A stretch of DNA of 64,000 bases. It comes from Candidatus Woesearchaeota archaeon. GTDB lineage: Archaea > Nanobdellota > Nanobdellia > SCGC-AAA011-G17 > GW2011-AR17. Below the pieces are notes generated by a model. The model did not search any database. It saw nothing but the letters and a program-made list of their open reading frames with translations, and had not been told where the DNA came from. Location: contig CAYPLB010000005.1 in assembly GCA_964411565.1 (NCBI GenBank), positions 24,536-88,535 on the forward strand. The letters run 5' to 3'. The position numbers were made by a program, and so were the translations under genes. Of this stretch, positions 38,437-47,903 are shown in pieces (the first letter of the stretch is position 1; each line of letters begins with the position of its first letter).

Positions 38437-38904
38437 ATGAAATTAAAAAGAGTTAATTTCCCAAGAAAATATTTGTCTCCTTTATGGGAAATTTCTCTTG
38501 CATTAAAATCAAAAGTTTCTAAAAAATTAAAAATAGATCTTGATATAGAATATAAAGAATTAAGAACTGGTGATATAGTAGAATTAAAATCTGGAGATTT
38601 ATCAATTACAATAAAAACAATTAAACTTGGCATTTTTAGTGATACTAGATCTGTAGCTAGAATTAGACCAACAATTTTATGGAGAATAAGAATTACTGTT
38701 AAAAATTTAGATCAAATACAATTTGAAGAAGAAATTAGAGCTCCAATTAGCATTTCTAATCCAGATAATAAACAAGTTAGGGAAGCTGTTTTAAATGGTT
38801 TAAGGCCAAGAGGATTATCTACCTTTAGAGCTGCAAATACAGAGAAAAATATATTAAAAAATATCTTATCCGCAATTGCATCTGTTTCTAGACAAGCTGC
38901 ATAA
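38437..38904 (+). CDS. Hypothetical protein
   Basis: 155-aa ORF. Confidence 0.45.
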   Translation: MKLKRVNFPRKYLSPLWEISLALKSKVSKKLKIDLDIEYKELRTGDIVELKSGDLSITIKTIKLGIFSDTRSVARIRPTILWRIRITVKNLDQIQFEEEIRAPISISNPDNKQVREAVLNGLRPRGLSTFRAANTEKNILKNILSAIASVSRQAA

Positions 38905-38943
38905 AGCGAAACTCTTTTTAATACCTTATTTCCCATTCTATCC

Positions 38944-39819
38944 ATGCAAAAAATGTCAAATACCAAATTCAAAGAATATGTAGAAAAAAAGGTAAGATCT
39001 ACAATTAGAAAGTACTCTCTTTTCAATCAAAAGGACAAAATTCTTGTTGCTGTTTCAGGAGGAAAAGATTCTACTGTTTGCCTTTATATTCTAAAAAAAT
39101 TAGGTTATGATGTTGAGGCTATTACAATTGATGCACAAATTGGTAACTATACAAAACAAAATTTAGAAAACATAAAATCTGTTTGTAAACAATATGAAGT
39201 TCCATTACATGTAATTTCTTTTAGAGAAGAATTTGGTTTCTCATTATGTTACATCAGATCACACTTAAAGTCCAAAGGTTACAATTATTCATCTTGTATG
39301 ATTTGTGGAATTCTAAAAAGATATTTACTAAACAAATATGCTAAAGAATTAAAAGCAAATTGTTTAGCAACGGGTCATAATTTAGATGATGAAGCTCAAA
39401 CAACATTAATGAATATTTTCCGAAATGATTTCCAAAGGTCAGAGAGACAAGGTGCAAAACCAGGTTTAATAAAAACAGAACAATTTGTACAAAGAGTAAA
39501 ACCTTTATACTTAATCTCAGAAGAAGAAGCAAAAAAATATTCACAATTAATGGAGTTCCCTGTTAATTACGATATTTGTCCATGTTCTGTTTCAGCTTAC
39601 AGACGACAATTCATAAAAATATTAAATACTTTCGAAGAAAAACATCCTTCTGTAAAATACAACATTGTAAAATTCAATGAATCAATGAAATCAAATTTAA
39701 AAGAAAAAGAAGAACAAGTTATTGAAACCTGTGAATCTTGTGGAGAACCTTCTAGTAACAAATTATGTAAAGCTTGTATTATAATTAACGAAATGAAAAA
39801 AGAAAAAACTAAAGATTAA
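38944..39819 (+). CDS. PP-loop ATPase of the TtcA/TtuA/Ncs6 tRNA-thiolation family
   Basis: PP-loop VAVSGGKDSTV; C-terminal CESCGE...CKAC zinc ribbon; internal CMICG. Confidence 0.65.
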   Translation: MQKMSNTKFKEYVEKKVRSTIRKYSLFNQKDKILVAVSGGKDSTVCLYILKKLGYDVEAITIDAQIGNYTKQNLENIKSVCKQYEVPLHVISFREEFGFSLCYIRSHLKSKGYNYSSCMICGILKRYLLNKYAKELKANCLATGHNLDDEAQTTLMNIFRNDFQRSERQGAKPGLIKTEQFVQRVKPLYLISEEEAKKYSQLMEFPVNYDICPCSVSAYRRQFIKILNTFEEKHPSVKYNIVKFNESMKSNLKEKEEQVIETCESCGEPSSNKLCKACIIINEMKKEKTKD

Positions 39820-40120
39820 TTCCTTTCAATTTATGTATTAATAAACTTTTATAGACTGTTCTTAAAGGTACTTCAGATTCATTTATTTCATCATTACTTG
39901 GAAAAACAAATTCTCTATTTCTATTAATCTCAATTAATTCTGATGTAACTGAACCAATCATTGGTGCACCTGCTCCTGTGCTATAAATTTCTCCAGTATA
40001 ATTGTCATACCATAATGTAATAGTAGATTTACCATCATCAACTACAGTATTTTCTGTCATATTTCTTAAAATTTCTGGCAAATTTTCAACATTTCTTTGA
40101 ATTATATTCCAATATTCCAT
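39809..40120 (-). CDS. Hypothetical protein
   Basis: 103-aa ORF. Confidence 0.35.
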   Translation of the reverse strand: MEYWNIIQRNVENLPEILRNMTENTVVDDGKSTITLWYDNYTGEIYSTGAGAPMIGSVTSELIEINRNREFVFPSNDEINESEVPLRTVYKSLLIHKLKGINL

Positions 40121-40146
40121 CTTAAGAAAACAAAAAAAACAATTGT

Positions 40147-40416
40147 TTATAAAATTTTTGAATTTCTAATAAGATCAATAAATCTTCTTAAAAAAGTATT
40201 TCCTTCATTAACTTTAGCAGATAACTCTTCCCTAATAACTTCACTTCTTTCAAAAATAACTCCAATATCACTTGGATTAATATACCAAACACTATAACAT
40301 CCTTTAGAACCAACTAACAATAGACCATCATTAATATAAGCTTTATCTCCAGCAACTAAACTGGCATAATAATCAATATCTTTTTTCTTTTCAGGACTAA
40401 ATTCTTCATATCTCAT
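40147..40416 (-). CDS. Hypothetical protein
   Basis: 89-aa ORF. Confidence 0.35.
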   Translation of the reverse strand: MRYEEFSPEKKKDIDYYASLVAGDKAYINDGLLLVGSKGCYSVWYINPSDIGVIFERSEVIREELSAKVNEGNTFLRRFIDLIRNSKIL

Positions 40417-41918
40417 TTAACAAGTTTCCCAGCATCTTCAAACTTAATTCTACCTTTCATCAACTTATCAAGAACTTCTAATAATTCATTTTCTTTAACT
40501 CTTATTTGTTTTGTAGAATCTCTATCTCTAATTGTAACACCTTCATCAAAATCCACTGTAACACAATAAGGAACACCTTGTTCATCTGCTCTTGCATACC
40601 TTCTTCCTACAGAACCTGACTTATCATAAAAAGAAACAAAATCTTTCCTCAAAGAATCATATACTTTCATTCCTTTCTCATTAACTTTATTTACTAAAGG
40701 AAGCACAGCAACTTTTATTGGAGCTAAATCTTTATTTAACTTCAAAACGACATTTCCTCTTTTCTTATCATCAGTATAAGCATCAAATAACAAAGCTAAA
40801 AATACTCTTTCCATTCCAAATGTTGGCTCAATAACTCTAGGAATAACTTTCTTTTTACTTGCTTCATCAAACAACTCCATCCTCTGTTTAGAAAACTTAG
40901 CATGTTGATTTAAATCATACTGTCCTCTATTTGCATTACCAGCAATTTCTTTACTTCCAAAAGGAAAACTATAATCAAAATCTAAAGTTGCAGACGAATA
41001 ATGTGACAATTCTGTATTAACATGTTCTCTAACCTTCAGATTCTTTCCTGACAATCCAATACTCATGAACCAGAAATATTGTTCAGCTAACCAATAAGCA
41101 TGCCACTCTCCCAACATTTTCTTCTTAATCATATCTTTAATTGTCATTTCAGTTAAATCTTTTTTACCTTTATCCTGAGTTTTTGCAGTTAAAACATTTA
41201 ATTTTAAATTCAAATGCTCTTTTGTTAACCAACTACATTTTTTTTCATCAGGATGTATAAAATACTCAAATTCTCCAATATGAAACTCTCTACATCTAAA
41301 CAAAAAATCTCTTGCAGAAATTTCATTTCTAAAACATCTACCAACTTGTGCAATACCAAATGGCAATTTTACTCTAGAGGTTTCAACAATTTGCTTATAA
41401 TCCATAAAAATTCCTTGAGCAGTTTCTCCTCTCAAATAAGCTTCAGCACTTGTATCTTCACTAGCACCAACTTTTGTAGGAAATAACAAATTAAAATCTT
41501 TCATTTCTTTAAATTTACCTTTACATGAAGGACAAACTAAATTATGTTTTTTTATCAAATCGTTAATTGCAGGAATATCTAAACCATCTGCAACAGTATC
41601 TAATTGTTCTTCAATAAAATGATCAGCTCTATGTTTTGTTTTACACTTTGCACAAACTAACAATAAATCTCCAAATGAATCTAAGTGTCCTGAAGCTTTC
41701 CATGTATCAGGATGTGAAATAATACTTGCATCAATTCCAACCATATCCATTCTATCTTGTACAAAATATTTCCAAAAATTTGCTTTCAAAGCATTAAACA
41801 TCTCAATACCTAATGGACCAAAATCAAAGAACCCAGAATATCCACCATAAATATCAGAACTTCTATAAACAAAACCTTTCTTCTTACAAAAAGCAGCCAT
41901 TTCTTCTATCTTTAACAT
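40413..41918 (-). CDS. glyS: Glycyl-tRNA synthetase (archaeal/eukaryotic alpha2 type)
   Basis: N-terminal KKGFVYRSSDIYGGYSGFFDFGPLG is typical of class II GlyRS. Confidence 0.85.
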   Translation of the reverse strand: MLKIEEMAAFCKKKGFVYRSSDIYGGYSGFFDFGPLGIEMFNALKANFWKYFVQDRMDMVGIDASIISHPDTWKASGHLDSFGDLLLVCAKCKTKHRADHFIEEQLDTVADGLDIPAINDLIKKHNLVCPSCKGKFKEMKDFNLLFPTKVGASEDTSAEAYLRGETAQGIFMDYKQIVETSRVKLPFGIAQVGRCFRNEISARDFLFRCREFHIGEFEYFIHPDEKKCSWLTKEHLNLKLNVLTAKTQDKGKKDLTEMTIKDMIKKKMLGEWHAYWLAEQYFWFMSIGLSGKNLKVREHVNTELSHYSSATLDFDYSFPFGSKEIAGNANRGQYDLNQHAKFSKQRMELFDEASKKKVIPRVIEPTFGMERVFLALLFDAYTDDKKRGNVVLKLNKDLAPIKVAVLPLVNKVNEKGMKVYDSLRKDFVSFYDKSGSVGRRYARADEQGVPYCVTVDFDEGVTIRDRDSTKQIRVKENELLEVLDKLMKGRIKFEDAGKLVK

Positions 41919-41929
41919 TACTATAATTA

Positions 41930-41965
41930 TTATCCTAACATTTTTATACTTTTCTACAATTCTTA
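41930..41965. repeat. 36-bp direct repeat copy A flanking the vapBC cassette
   Basis: ATTATCCTAACATTTTTATACTTTTCTACAATTCTT is identical to 42644-42679 (coordinates +/-1). Confidence 0.8.
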
Positions 41966-42376
41966 CAATATAAATTCTATAATTTCTCTAGTGTTTAGAA
42001 CTTTAATTTCACCTTGATTTTTAAGATTTTTATCATCTGACCAAATAATACTATCTGTATAAGCTAAGGCACAAGCAAAAAATATAACATCATTTTTGTC
42101 AATATCCTTGACAATTTTTAAGGCATTATTTTTATAAGGATAAAGAACCTCATTTGGAATGATTAAAACTTTATTTAATATTATTTTCAAAAGTTCATTA
42201 AAATCTTTCTCTGACATTTTTGATTTCTTCAAGATTAGGTTTTTATGTTTTTCCATTTCCTCAAAAATAAATTCAGGAAAAAGAAAATAATCTTCATATT
42301 CTAAAATAAGTTGCCTAGTTATTGAATCTTTAATTAATGCTGAAAATAAAATATTTGAATCAATAATTATCTTCAT
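41963..42376 (-). CDS. vapC: PIN-domain toxin VapC
   Basis: MKIIIDSNILFSAL with the N-terminal PIN acidic residue; 4-bp overlap with the upstream antitoxin gene. Confidence 0.75.
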   Translation of the reverse strand: MKIIIDSNILFSALIKDSITRQLILEYEDYFLFPEFIFEEMEKHKNLILKKSKMSEKDFNELLKIILNKVLIIPNEVLYPYKNNALKIVKDIDKNDVIFFACALAYTDSIIWSDDKNLKNQGEIKVLNTREIIEFIL

Positions 42377-42594
42377 GCAAGAAACCTCTTATTTGCTTCT
42401 AACTTTATTATTTTATTAAATTCCTCCACATCTTTTTTAGTAAGTTTACTTTTACTTGCTAATTTTTCAGCTAAACGCAAAGTTTCAAGTTTTTGTATAA
42501 TAGCTTTTCTTGCAACTTTACTCCATCTTATTTCTGAAAAATGTTTCATTTCTTCATGTACTTCCTTTGGTATTGATAATGTCATGTTTCCCAT
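42373..42594 (-). CDS. vapB: VapB-family antitoxin (small DNA-binding protein)
   Basis: 73-aa ORF translationally coupled to vapC; N-terminal MTLSIPKEVHEEMK is strand-helix-like. Confidence 0.55.
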   Translation of the reverse strand: MGNMTLSIPKEVHEEMKHFSEIRWSKVARKAIIQKLETLRLAEKLASKSKLTKKDVEEFNKIIKLEANKRFLA

Positions 42595-42643
42595 TTTATT
42601 TCACCTTACTTAAATATGTGGTTACACATATATAAAGTTTTCT

Positions 42644-42679
42644 ATTATCCTAACATTTTTATACTTTTCTACAATTCTT
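42644..42679. repeat. 36-bp direct repeat copy B
   Basis: Identical to 41930-41965; ends 6 bp before the ATG of the deaminase gene. Confidence 0.8.
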
Positions 42680-42685
42680 TTATTC

Positions 42686-43150
42686 ATGAGAACTCTTCCA
42701 ATTGAAGAAAACCAAGAATATATTCAAGAAGCTATTGAGGAAGCAAAGAAATCTCCTTGTTTAAGATCAAAATGTGGTTCTATAATTGTTAAAGATGGAG
42801 CAATCATTGGCAGAGGATTTAATTCTCCTCCAAATAATAAAGATTTAGAAACTTGCAGAAAGGATTCACTTCCAAAAGATTTCAAATCAGATAAAACTTG
42901 TTGCCTCCATGCAGAGCAGAGAGCTATCTTAGATGCATTAAAAAATAATTCAAATAAACTCAAAGGTTCCACTTTATTCTTCATTAGATTGGATTTAAAC
43001 AACAATATACTTTATGCTGGAGAACCTTATTGTACAATTTGCAGCAAAATGGCTTTAGATGTAAAAATTAAAGAATTTGTTTTATACCACAAAGATAATT
43101 TAACAGCTTATGACACAGAAGAATACAACGAACTTTCTTTCAAACATTAA
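42686..43150 (+). CDS. CMP/dCMP (cytidine/deoxycytidylate) deaminase family protein
   Basis: Zinc-binding CLHAEQRAI and PYCTICSKM motifs. Confidence 0.7.
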   Translation: MRTLPIEENQEYIQEAIEEAKKSPCLRSKCGSIIVKDGAIIGRGFNSPPNNKDLETCRKDSLPKDFKSDKTCCLHAEQRAILDALKNNSNKLKGSTLFFIRLDLNNNILYAGEPYCTICSKMALDVKIKEFVLYHKDNLTAYDTEEYNELSFKH

Positions 43151-43739
43151 AGTTTTCATATTTCAATTCAAACCCATAAATTTCTTCAAAATTTTTCTCA
43201 AATTCTTCTTTATTATCTCCTAAATTCCTAATTAGTTTCAACAATTTATCCTTACCATATTTATCGACTAAAAATTCAACAGCAAAACCAGATTCTCTAT
43301 AAACATACTTACTTTTTTCCCCATAAAACTCTAAAAAATCTTCAAACTTCAAAGGTCTCTCTCTTGTTTTAATTTGATCAGAAACAAATAATGCTGTACC
43401 TTCCCATAACCAATCTGGCTCAGACCTATATTTAGATAACTTTAAAAAATAACAATGAGATAATTCATGTTTAATTAATTTCTTATACTCATCCTCAGAA
43501 TATCTATGACAACTTTCCTTCTCGTAATTTTTAGAATCTAAGGCATAAATTTTATTTTTACTTATCCATCCTACCATCCAATCTTCAGTTTTTTTACCTA
43601 TTAACTCGTCTATAGTCTTTCTATCAGGTACAATAACTAACTCAGGTAAATTTTCAACCCAATTAATTTCAAAAAATTTATTTAGTTCATTTATTGATTT
43701 CCTAAAAACCTCATTAACATCCATAAAAATAAATAACAA
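43140..43739 (-). CDS. Hypothetical protein with HExxH motif (possible zinc metallopeptidase)
   Basis: LIKHELSHCYF. Confidence 0.4.
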   Translation of the reverse strand: MLFIFMDVNEVFRKSINELNKFFEINWVENLPELVIVPDRKTIDELIGKKTEDWMVGWISKNKIYALDSKNYEKESCHRYSEDEYKKLIKHELSHCYFLKLSKYRSEPDWLWEGTALFVSDQIKTRERPLKFEDFLEFYGEKSKYVYRESGFAVEFLVDKYGKDKLLKLIRNLGDNKEEFEKNFEEIYGFELKYENFNV

Positions 43740-43757
43740 AGAATAATATAAAAAGCT

Positions 43758-44432
43758 TTATGAAAGCCAACTTACAACTTTCAAACCTACTTTACTAACT
43801 CCTACTTTAACTTTATTAAAAAACCCAACTCCTTCATAACTTAAATCTTCAGTTTCCAAAGCTTTCAAAAGATCTAACTCTTCTTTACTCATATCCAAAA
43901 GAACTTTATCTTCAATTTTTACTATTATACTAGGATTTTCTAATTCACTATCAACAAGACTTAAAATTTCCCCATCTCCAAATTCAATTCCAACAACATA
44001 ATCTCCTTCAAAATACATATTTATTCTTTCATTTTTTAACAAATATAGAACTAAAGCAGGATAATTTCCAAGATCCTTATTGATACTCTCTTTAATAATA
44101 TCTAACTGCTGAACTATTGCTTGTTTTTCTAATTCTACTAGATCTTCATCACTAATATCATCAAGATCTACACCATATTCACTTAAATCTCCTTCAAATT
44201 CTAAAACAAATCCACTATTTTTTTGATTAATATAATCTGTAAATTCATCATCTTCTAAAACAGAATTAATTTCATCTTCAGTCACTACAACTTCTTCTCC
44301 ATTAACCTCAACAACCATATCATCAGCTACAACTATAGATAATGAAAGGATCAACACCAATAGAATAAATATTATTTTTTTCATCTTATTAATAAAAATA
44401 TAAAAAGAATATATAAACTTATCTACCTTCAA
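43758..44432 (-). CDS. Secreted acidic hypothetical protein
   Basis: Signal peptide MKKIIFILLVLILSLSIVVA. Confidence 0.5.
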   Translation of the reverse strand: MKVDKFIYSFYIFINKMKKIIFILLVLILSLSIVVADDMVVEVNGEEVVVTEDEINSVLEDDEFTDYINQKNSGFVLEFEGDLSEYGVDLDDISDEDLVELEKQAIVQQLDIIKESINKDLGNYPALVLYLLKNERINMYFEGDYVVGIEFGDGEILSLVDSELENPSIIVKIEDKVLLDMSKEELDLLKALETEDLSYEGVGFFNKVKVGVSKVGLKVVSWLS

Positions 44433-44472
44433 CAGATATATTTAAAAACTTTCAAATAACTTAATTCATCAA

Positions 44473-44661
44473 ATGGCAGAAGATAAACTTTTCATGGTAA
44501 AATTTGTAGTTAAAGAGGGGAAAATGGCTACTAAAATGACTTCTAAGAACTTATCACCACAAGAAACAATTGGACTTTTAGAAGTAGCAAAACAACAAAT
44601 TCTAGATGGGCTTAAAACTCAAAAGAAAGAAGTATTCAGAGGTTCACGAGATGACGAATGA
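44473..44661 (+). CDS. Small hypothetical protein
   Basis: 62-aa ORF. Confidence 0.3.
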   Translation: MAEDKLFMVKFVVKEGKMATKMTSKNLSPQETIGLLEVAKQQILDGLKTQKKEVFRGSRDDE

Positions 44662-45061
44662 TTGTATATTTTGTAAAATAATTAAAGGAGAGATTCCTTC
44701 AAACAAAGTCTATGAAGATGACCATGCATTTGCATTTTTAGATATTAATCCTTCAACAGAAGGCCACACATTAGTAATCCCAAAAAAACACTACAAAAAT
44801 ATTACTGACATACCAGCTGAAGATCTTTCTAATTTCATGCAATCCTTACAAAAAGTTGCAAAAGGCTTATTAAAATTTGGAAATGGATTAAATATAATTC
44901 AAAACAATGGAGAAACTGCTGGACAACTTGTATTTCATTTACATTTTCACTTAATTCCTCGAAGAGAAGATGATGGAGTTAGTATAGGTCATTGGGAATC
45001 TAAGAAGAATTTAGACATGGAAAAGATAGAAGAGAATATAAAAAGTCTTTTAAATCAATAA
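44651..45061 (+). CDS. HIT family hydrolase (start moved to internal Met)
   Basis: Histidine triad HLHFHLIP; N-terminal MTNDCIFCKII is the usual HIT start; the track ORF starts 45 nt earlier. Confidence 0.75.
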   Translation: MTNDCIFCKIIKGEIPSNKVYEDDHAFAFLDINPSTEGHTLVIPKKHYKNITDIPAEDLSNFMQSLQKVAKGLLKFGNGLNIIQNNGETAGQLVFHLHFHLIPRREDDGVSIGHWESKKNLDMEKIEENIKSLLNQ

Positions 45062-45078
45062 TTTTTCTTATCTTACAA

Positions 45079-45152
45079 GGCACCGTAGTTTAGTCTGGTA
45101 GAACCCCAGTCTCATGAGCTGGTGATCCCCGGTTCAAATCCGGGCGGTGCCA
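45079..45152 (+). tRNA. tRNA with CAT anticodon (elongator Met or Ile2)
   Basis: GGCACCG/CGGTGCC acceptor, CCAGT-CTCATGA-GCTGG anticodon arm, CCCGG-TTCAAAT-CCGGG T-arm, discriminator A, no encoded CCA. Confidence 0.85.
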
Positions 45153-45155
45153 TAT

Positions 45156-45527
45156 TTATTTCAAAACATTTTCTAACAAATATCTCATAGTATATGTCTT
45201 ACCAACTTCTAAACCTAAATCTTCTAAGAATTCATTATCACATTTACTATAATTACAAAATTCATCTCTTTGGTTACAATGAACTCCATTATTACCTAAA
45301 CAGATACTATCTAATCCATCCACAATTAAAATATCTTGATCTAAATTATTAAATAGATCTTCACAGAATTCATTTACCCATTTTTTAAAATCTGAACCAT
45401 ATTTTTTTGACATTAATCTTACATATAGATTAAATTCTATATCTTCTCTACTCGCTTTAAACACAGATCCTAAATATGGAATATGATGTCCTCTTAACTT
45501 TAAAACCATTAGACTTAATTTTTTCAA
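45156..45527 (-). CDS. Cys-rich hypothetical protein
   Basis: 123-aa ORF. Confidence 0.4.
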   Translation of the reverse strand: MKKLSLMVLKLRGHHIPYLGSVFKASREDIEFNLYVRLMSKKYGSDFKKWVNEFCEDLFNNLDQDILIVDGLDSICLGNNGVHCNQRDEFCNYSKCDNEFLEDLGLEVGKTYTMRYLLENVLK

Positions 45528-45544
45528 CTGATTTATAAATTTTA

Positions 45545-47254
45545 TTACTTCTCAGAATTCATTTCCAACAAATGTTTCAAATGCTTCTTTTTTATTTTTC
45601 TCAAAGCCTTAGGATCATCCATAAATTTCTCTAACAACTGTGCAACACTCTCTCCAGACATAATTGCTGGAATAATAACATAATCAGCACCTGCATCATA
45701 TAGATCTAATGCTTCTTCCATTGTAATTGCAGTAACAAATGTTAAAGCCCTTGATTTAACTTGTCTCAAATATAATAACAATCTAAGATTATCTTGTGCA
45801 TTAGGTATTGCAGAAATTATAAACTTAGCATGATCAAAATTAATATGTTTTAAAATTTCATGATTAGTCATATCTCCATAAAATGAAGGTATCTTTCTCT
45901 TCCTTAAATCCTCAATTACTTCTGGATCAAAATCAACAACTAAAAGATGTCTTTTTACTCTTTTCAAAGATCTCAAAAACATTTCCCCCATTTTACCTGA
46001 ACCAAAAAGTAATACTTTTTTCTTACTTCTAGTATGAGCAAAATCTTTATCTCTTTTTGTCAATGAAAGCTTTTCTAAATAAGCTAATATAGGGATTAAT
46101 TTATTATAGAAAAACATTTCATATTTCATAATATAAGATGTCCCTACTATTGTAATAATTGCCAATAGAATTGTAATTGTAAATAATTCTTGTGAGATAT
46201 TACTTACACCCATTACTAAAATAAGACTAAATTCACTAATTTGACTTAGGGATACAGCAGAAGCAAAACTATTTCTTTTATCATATCCCATTATACTCAA
46301 AATTATCAAAATAATCAAAGGTTTTATTATCAAAACAACTCCTAACAAAATTAACAAAGGTTGAATTATTGCTAAAATATCAGTAAGAACTAACTGTAAT
46401 CCTAAAGATACAAAAAATATCGTTGCAAAAAAATCTTTTAGCGACATCATACTTCCAATTATATTAGTACTATAAGGTAAATTCGCTAAAGTAATTCCTC
46501 CAAAGAAAGCACCCATTGCAATAGAATAACCAAATAGATATACTAACAATGCAAACAAGAAACAAAATGCTACTGCCATTAACAACAATAACTCATTTGA
46601 CTTTGCTGCAGATCTAAACATTCTAAAAGCCAGAAACCTATTGAAAAGATAAGCAATTACTGCTAATATTAAAAATTTACCTAGAAGAGGTAAAATATTT
46701 ACAATTGTAAATTCACTTGTTCCCATAAAAATTGTCAAAGCTAAAACAACTAAAACATCTTGTACAAACAAAATACCTAAAATAATTCTTCCGTGCAATG
46801 TATTCAACTCATTTTCATCAAATAACAGCTTAATTACAACCATAGTACTACTAAATGCTACTATTAGCCCTGCATAAATAGAATTTAATTGAGAGAATCC
46901 CAACCAATTAGCGATAAAAAATCCTGAAAGAAAAGTTAATCCAACCTGTAGAGTACCAGTAATAATTGTTGCCCACCCTACACTTTTTAATTTTCTTAGA
47001 TCTAATTCTAAACCTACAATAAACAATAAAAACATAATTCCCAATTCAGAAATAATATTTATAATTTCAACATCATGAATTAATCCAAAACCTACAGGAC
47101 CAAGTATTAAACCTGCAATAATATAAGCAGGAATTAATGGCTGTCTAAATAATCTAATAACATAAGCAGCAAAAGCTGCAACTATCAAAATTAAACCTAA
47201 GTCTATTAACAAACCTTCCGGAGTTGTTAGAAGACCTTGTATCACCTCTAACAT
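45545..47254 (-). CDS. kefB: CPA2-family K+/H+ antiporter with C-terminal TrkA-N (RCK) domain
   Basis: About 12 TM helices, then Rossmann LLFGSGKMG. Confidence 0.75.
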   Translation of the reverse strand: MLEVIQGLLTTPEGLLIDLGLILIVAAFAAYVIRLFRQPLIPAYIIAGLILGPVGFGLIHDVEIINIISELGIMFLLFIVGLELDLRKLKSVGWATIITGTLQVGLTFLSGFFIANWLGFSQLNSIYAGLIVAFSSTMVVIKLLFDENELNTLHGRIILGILFVQDVLVVLALTIFMGTSEFTIVNILPLLGKFLILAVIAYLFNRFLAFRMFRSAAKSNELLLLMAVAFCFLFALLVYLFGYSIAMGAFFGGITLANLPYSTNIIGSMMSLKDFFATIFFVSLGLQLVLTDILAIIQPLLILLGVVLIIKPLIILIILSIMGYDKRNSFASAVSLSQISEFSLILVMGVSNISQELFTITILLAIITIVGTSYIMKYEMFFYNKLIPILAYLEKLSLTKRDKDFAHTRSKKKVLLFGSGKMGEMFLRSLKRVKRHLLVVDFDPEVIEDLRKRKIPSFYGDMTNHEILKHINFDHAKFIISAIPNAQDNLRLLLYLRQVKSRALTFVTAITMEEALDLYDAGADYVIIPAIMSGESVAQLLEKFMDDPKALRKIKKKHLKHLLEMNSEK

Positions 47255-47321
47255 TAATTATATACTTAGCAATTAACTTTATAAAACTTTTCTATTAGAT
47301 AATAAAAATAAATGGAAAAAA

Positions 47322-47636
47322 TTATTTTTTCCCTAAGTAAATTTCAATTGTAGAAACTCTAACTAGTCTACCTTCTTTATTTGTAAACTCTTCACTTCCA
47401 ATTTCAGTTTTATCAACAGTTACATTTTCTCCTGTCAATAATTTTTTTACAGCTACCTGAGAAATATCTACAGCTTTAGTAATAAATTTACCTCTAGCTT
47501 TTACTATTACTTCTGGTCTGTTTAGAGTTGTGAATTGCATAACAACACCTGTTACATAATTCATTAGGGGTTTACTTCCCACAAAAATGGTTTTGTCGTT
47601 TTCGTCATTTGAATTCTCTCTTGCTTTCTCTTCCAT
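47322..47636 (-). CDS. albA: Alba DNA/RNA-binding protein
   Basis: PEVIVKARGKFITKAVDISQV...IEIYL matches the Alba core. Confidence 0.75.
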   Translation of the reverse strand: MEEKARENSNDENDKTIFVGSKPLMNYVTGVVMQFTTLNRPEVIVKARGKFITKAVDISQVAVKKLLTGENVTVDKTEIGSEEFTNKEGRLVRVSTIEIYLGKK

Positions 47637-47668
47637 TTTTTACCTCCCAAGTTTTAACTTGAGCATGA

Positions 47669-47857
47669 TTATTCTTCAACTTTCATTAAACGAGCAATAT
47701 AACCTGCAAGAATATTTCTTAATTTTTTAGAACCAACATTAACATATTCTGGCAAAACTTTTTTATTAGTATCAAAATCCTTACTAAACTTATCTCTATG
47801 TTGCCTTACTAACTTATTTCCTACTCTTTTGATCTGTGTAGTCTTAATTCTTCCCAT
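47669..47857 (-). CDS. rps17e: Ribosomal protein S17e (start at internal MGRIKT)
   Basis: MGRIKTTQIKR...KKLRNILAGYIARLMK resembles eS17. Confidence 0.7.
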   Translation of the reverse strand: MGRIKTTQIKRVGNKLVRQHRDKFSKDFDTNKKVLPEYVNVGSKKLRNILAGYIARLMKVEE

Positions 47858-47903
47858 AGCTCCAAATAATATATAAGGCATTTATAAAGCTTTCGGGACC
47901 TTA

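Noticed and set aside
38364-38633. 89-aa minus-strand ORF and the short GC-rich string CACGCGCACCCATGCCTTGTCCACAC at about 38370-38395
   Set aside because: The ORF overlaps the better ORF at 38437-38904 and is low complexity. I considered an ncRNA or rRNA fragment for the GC-rich 26-mer, but found no flanking rRNA-like sequence and the stretch is too short to call.
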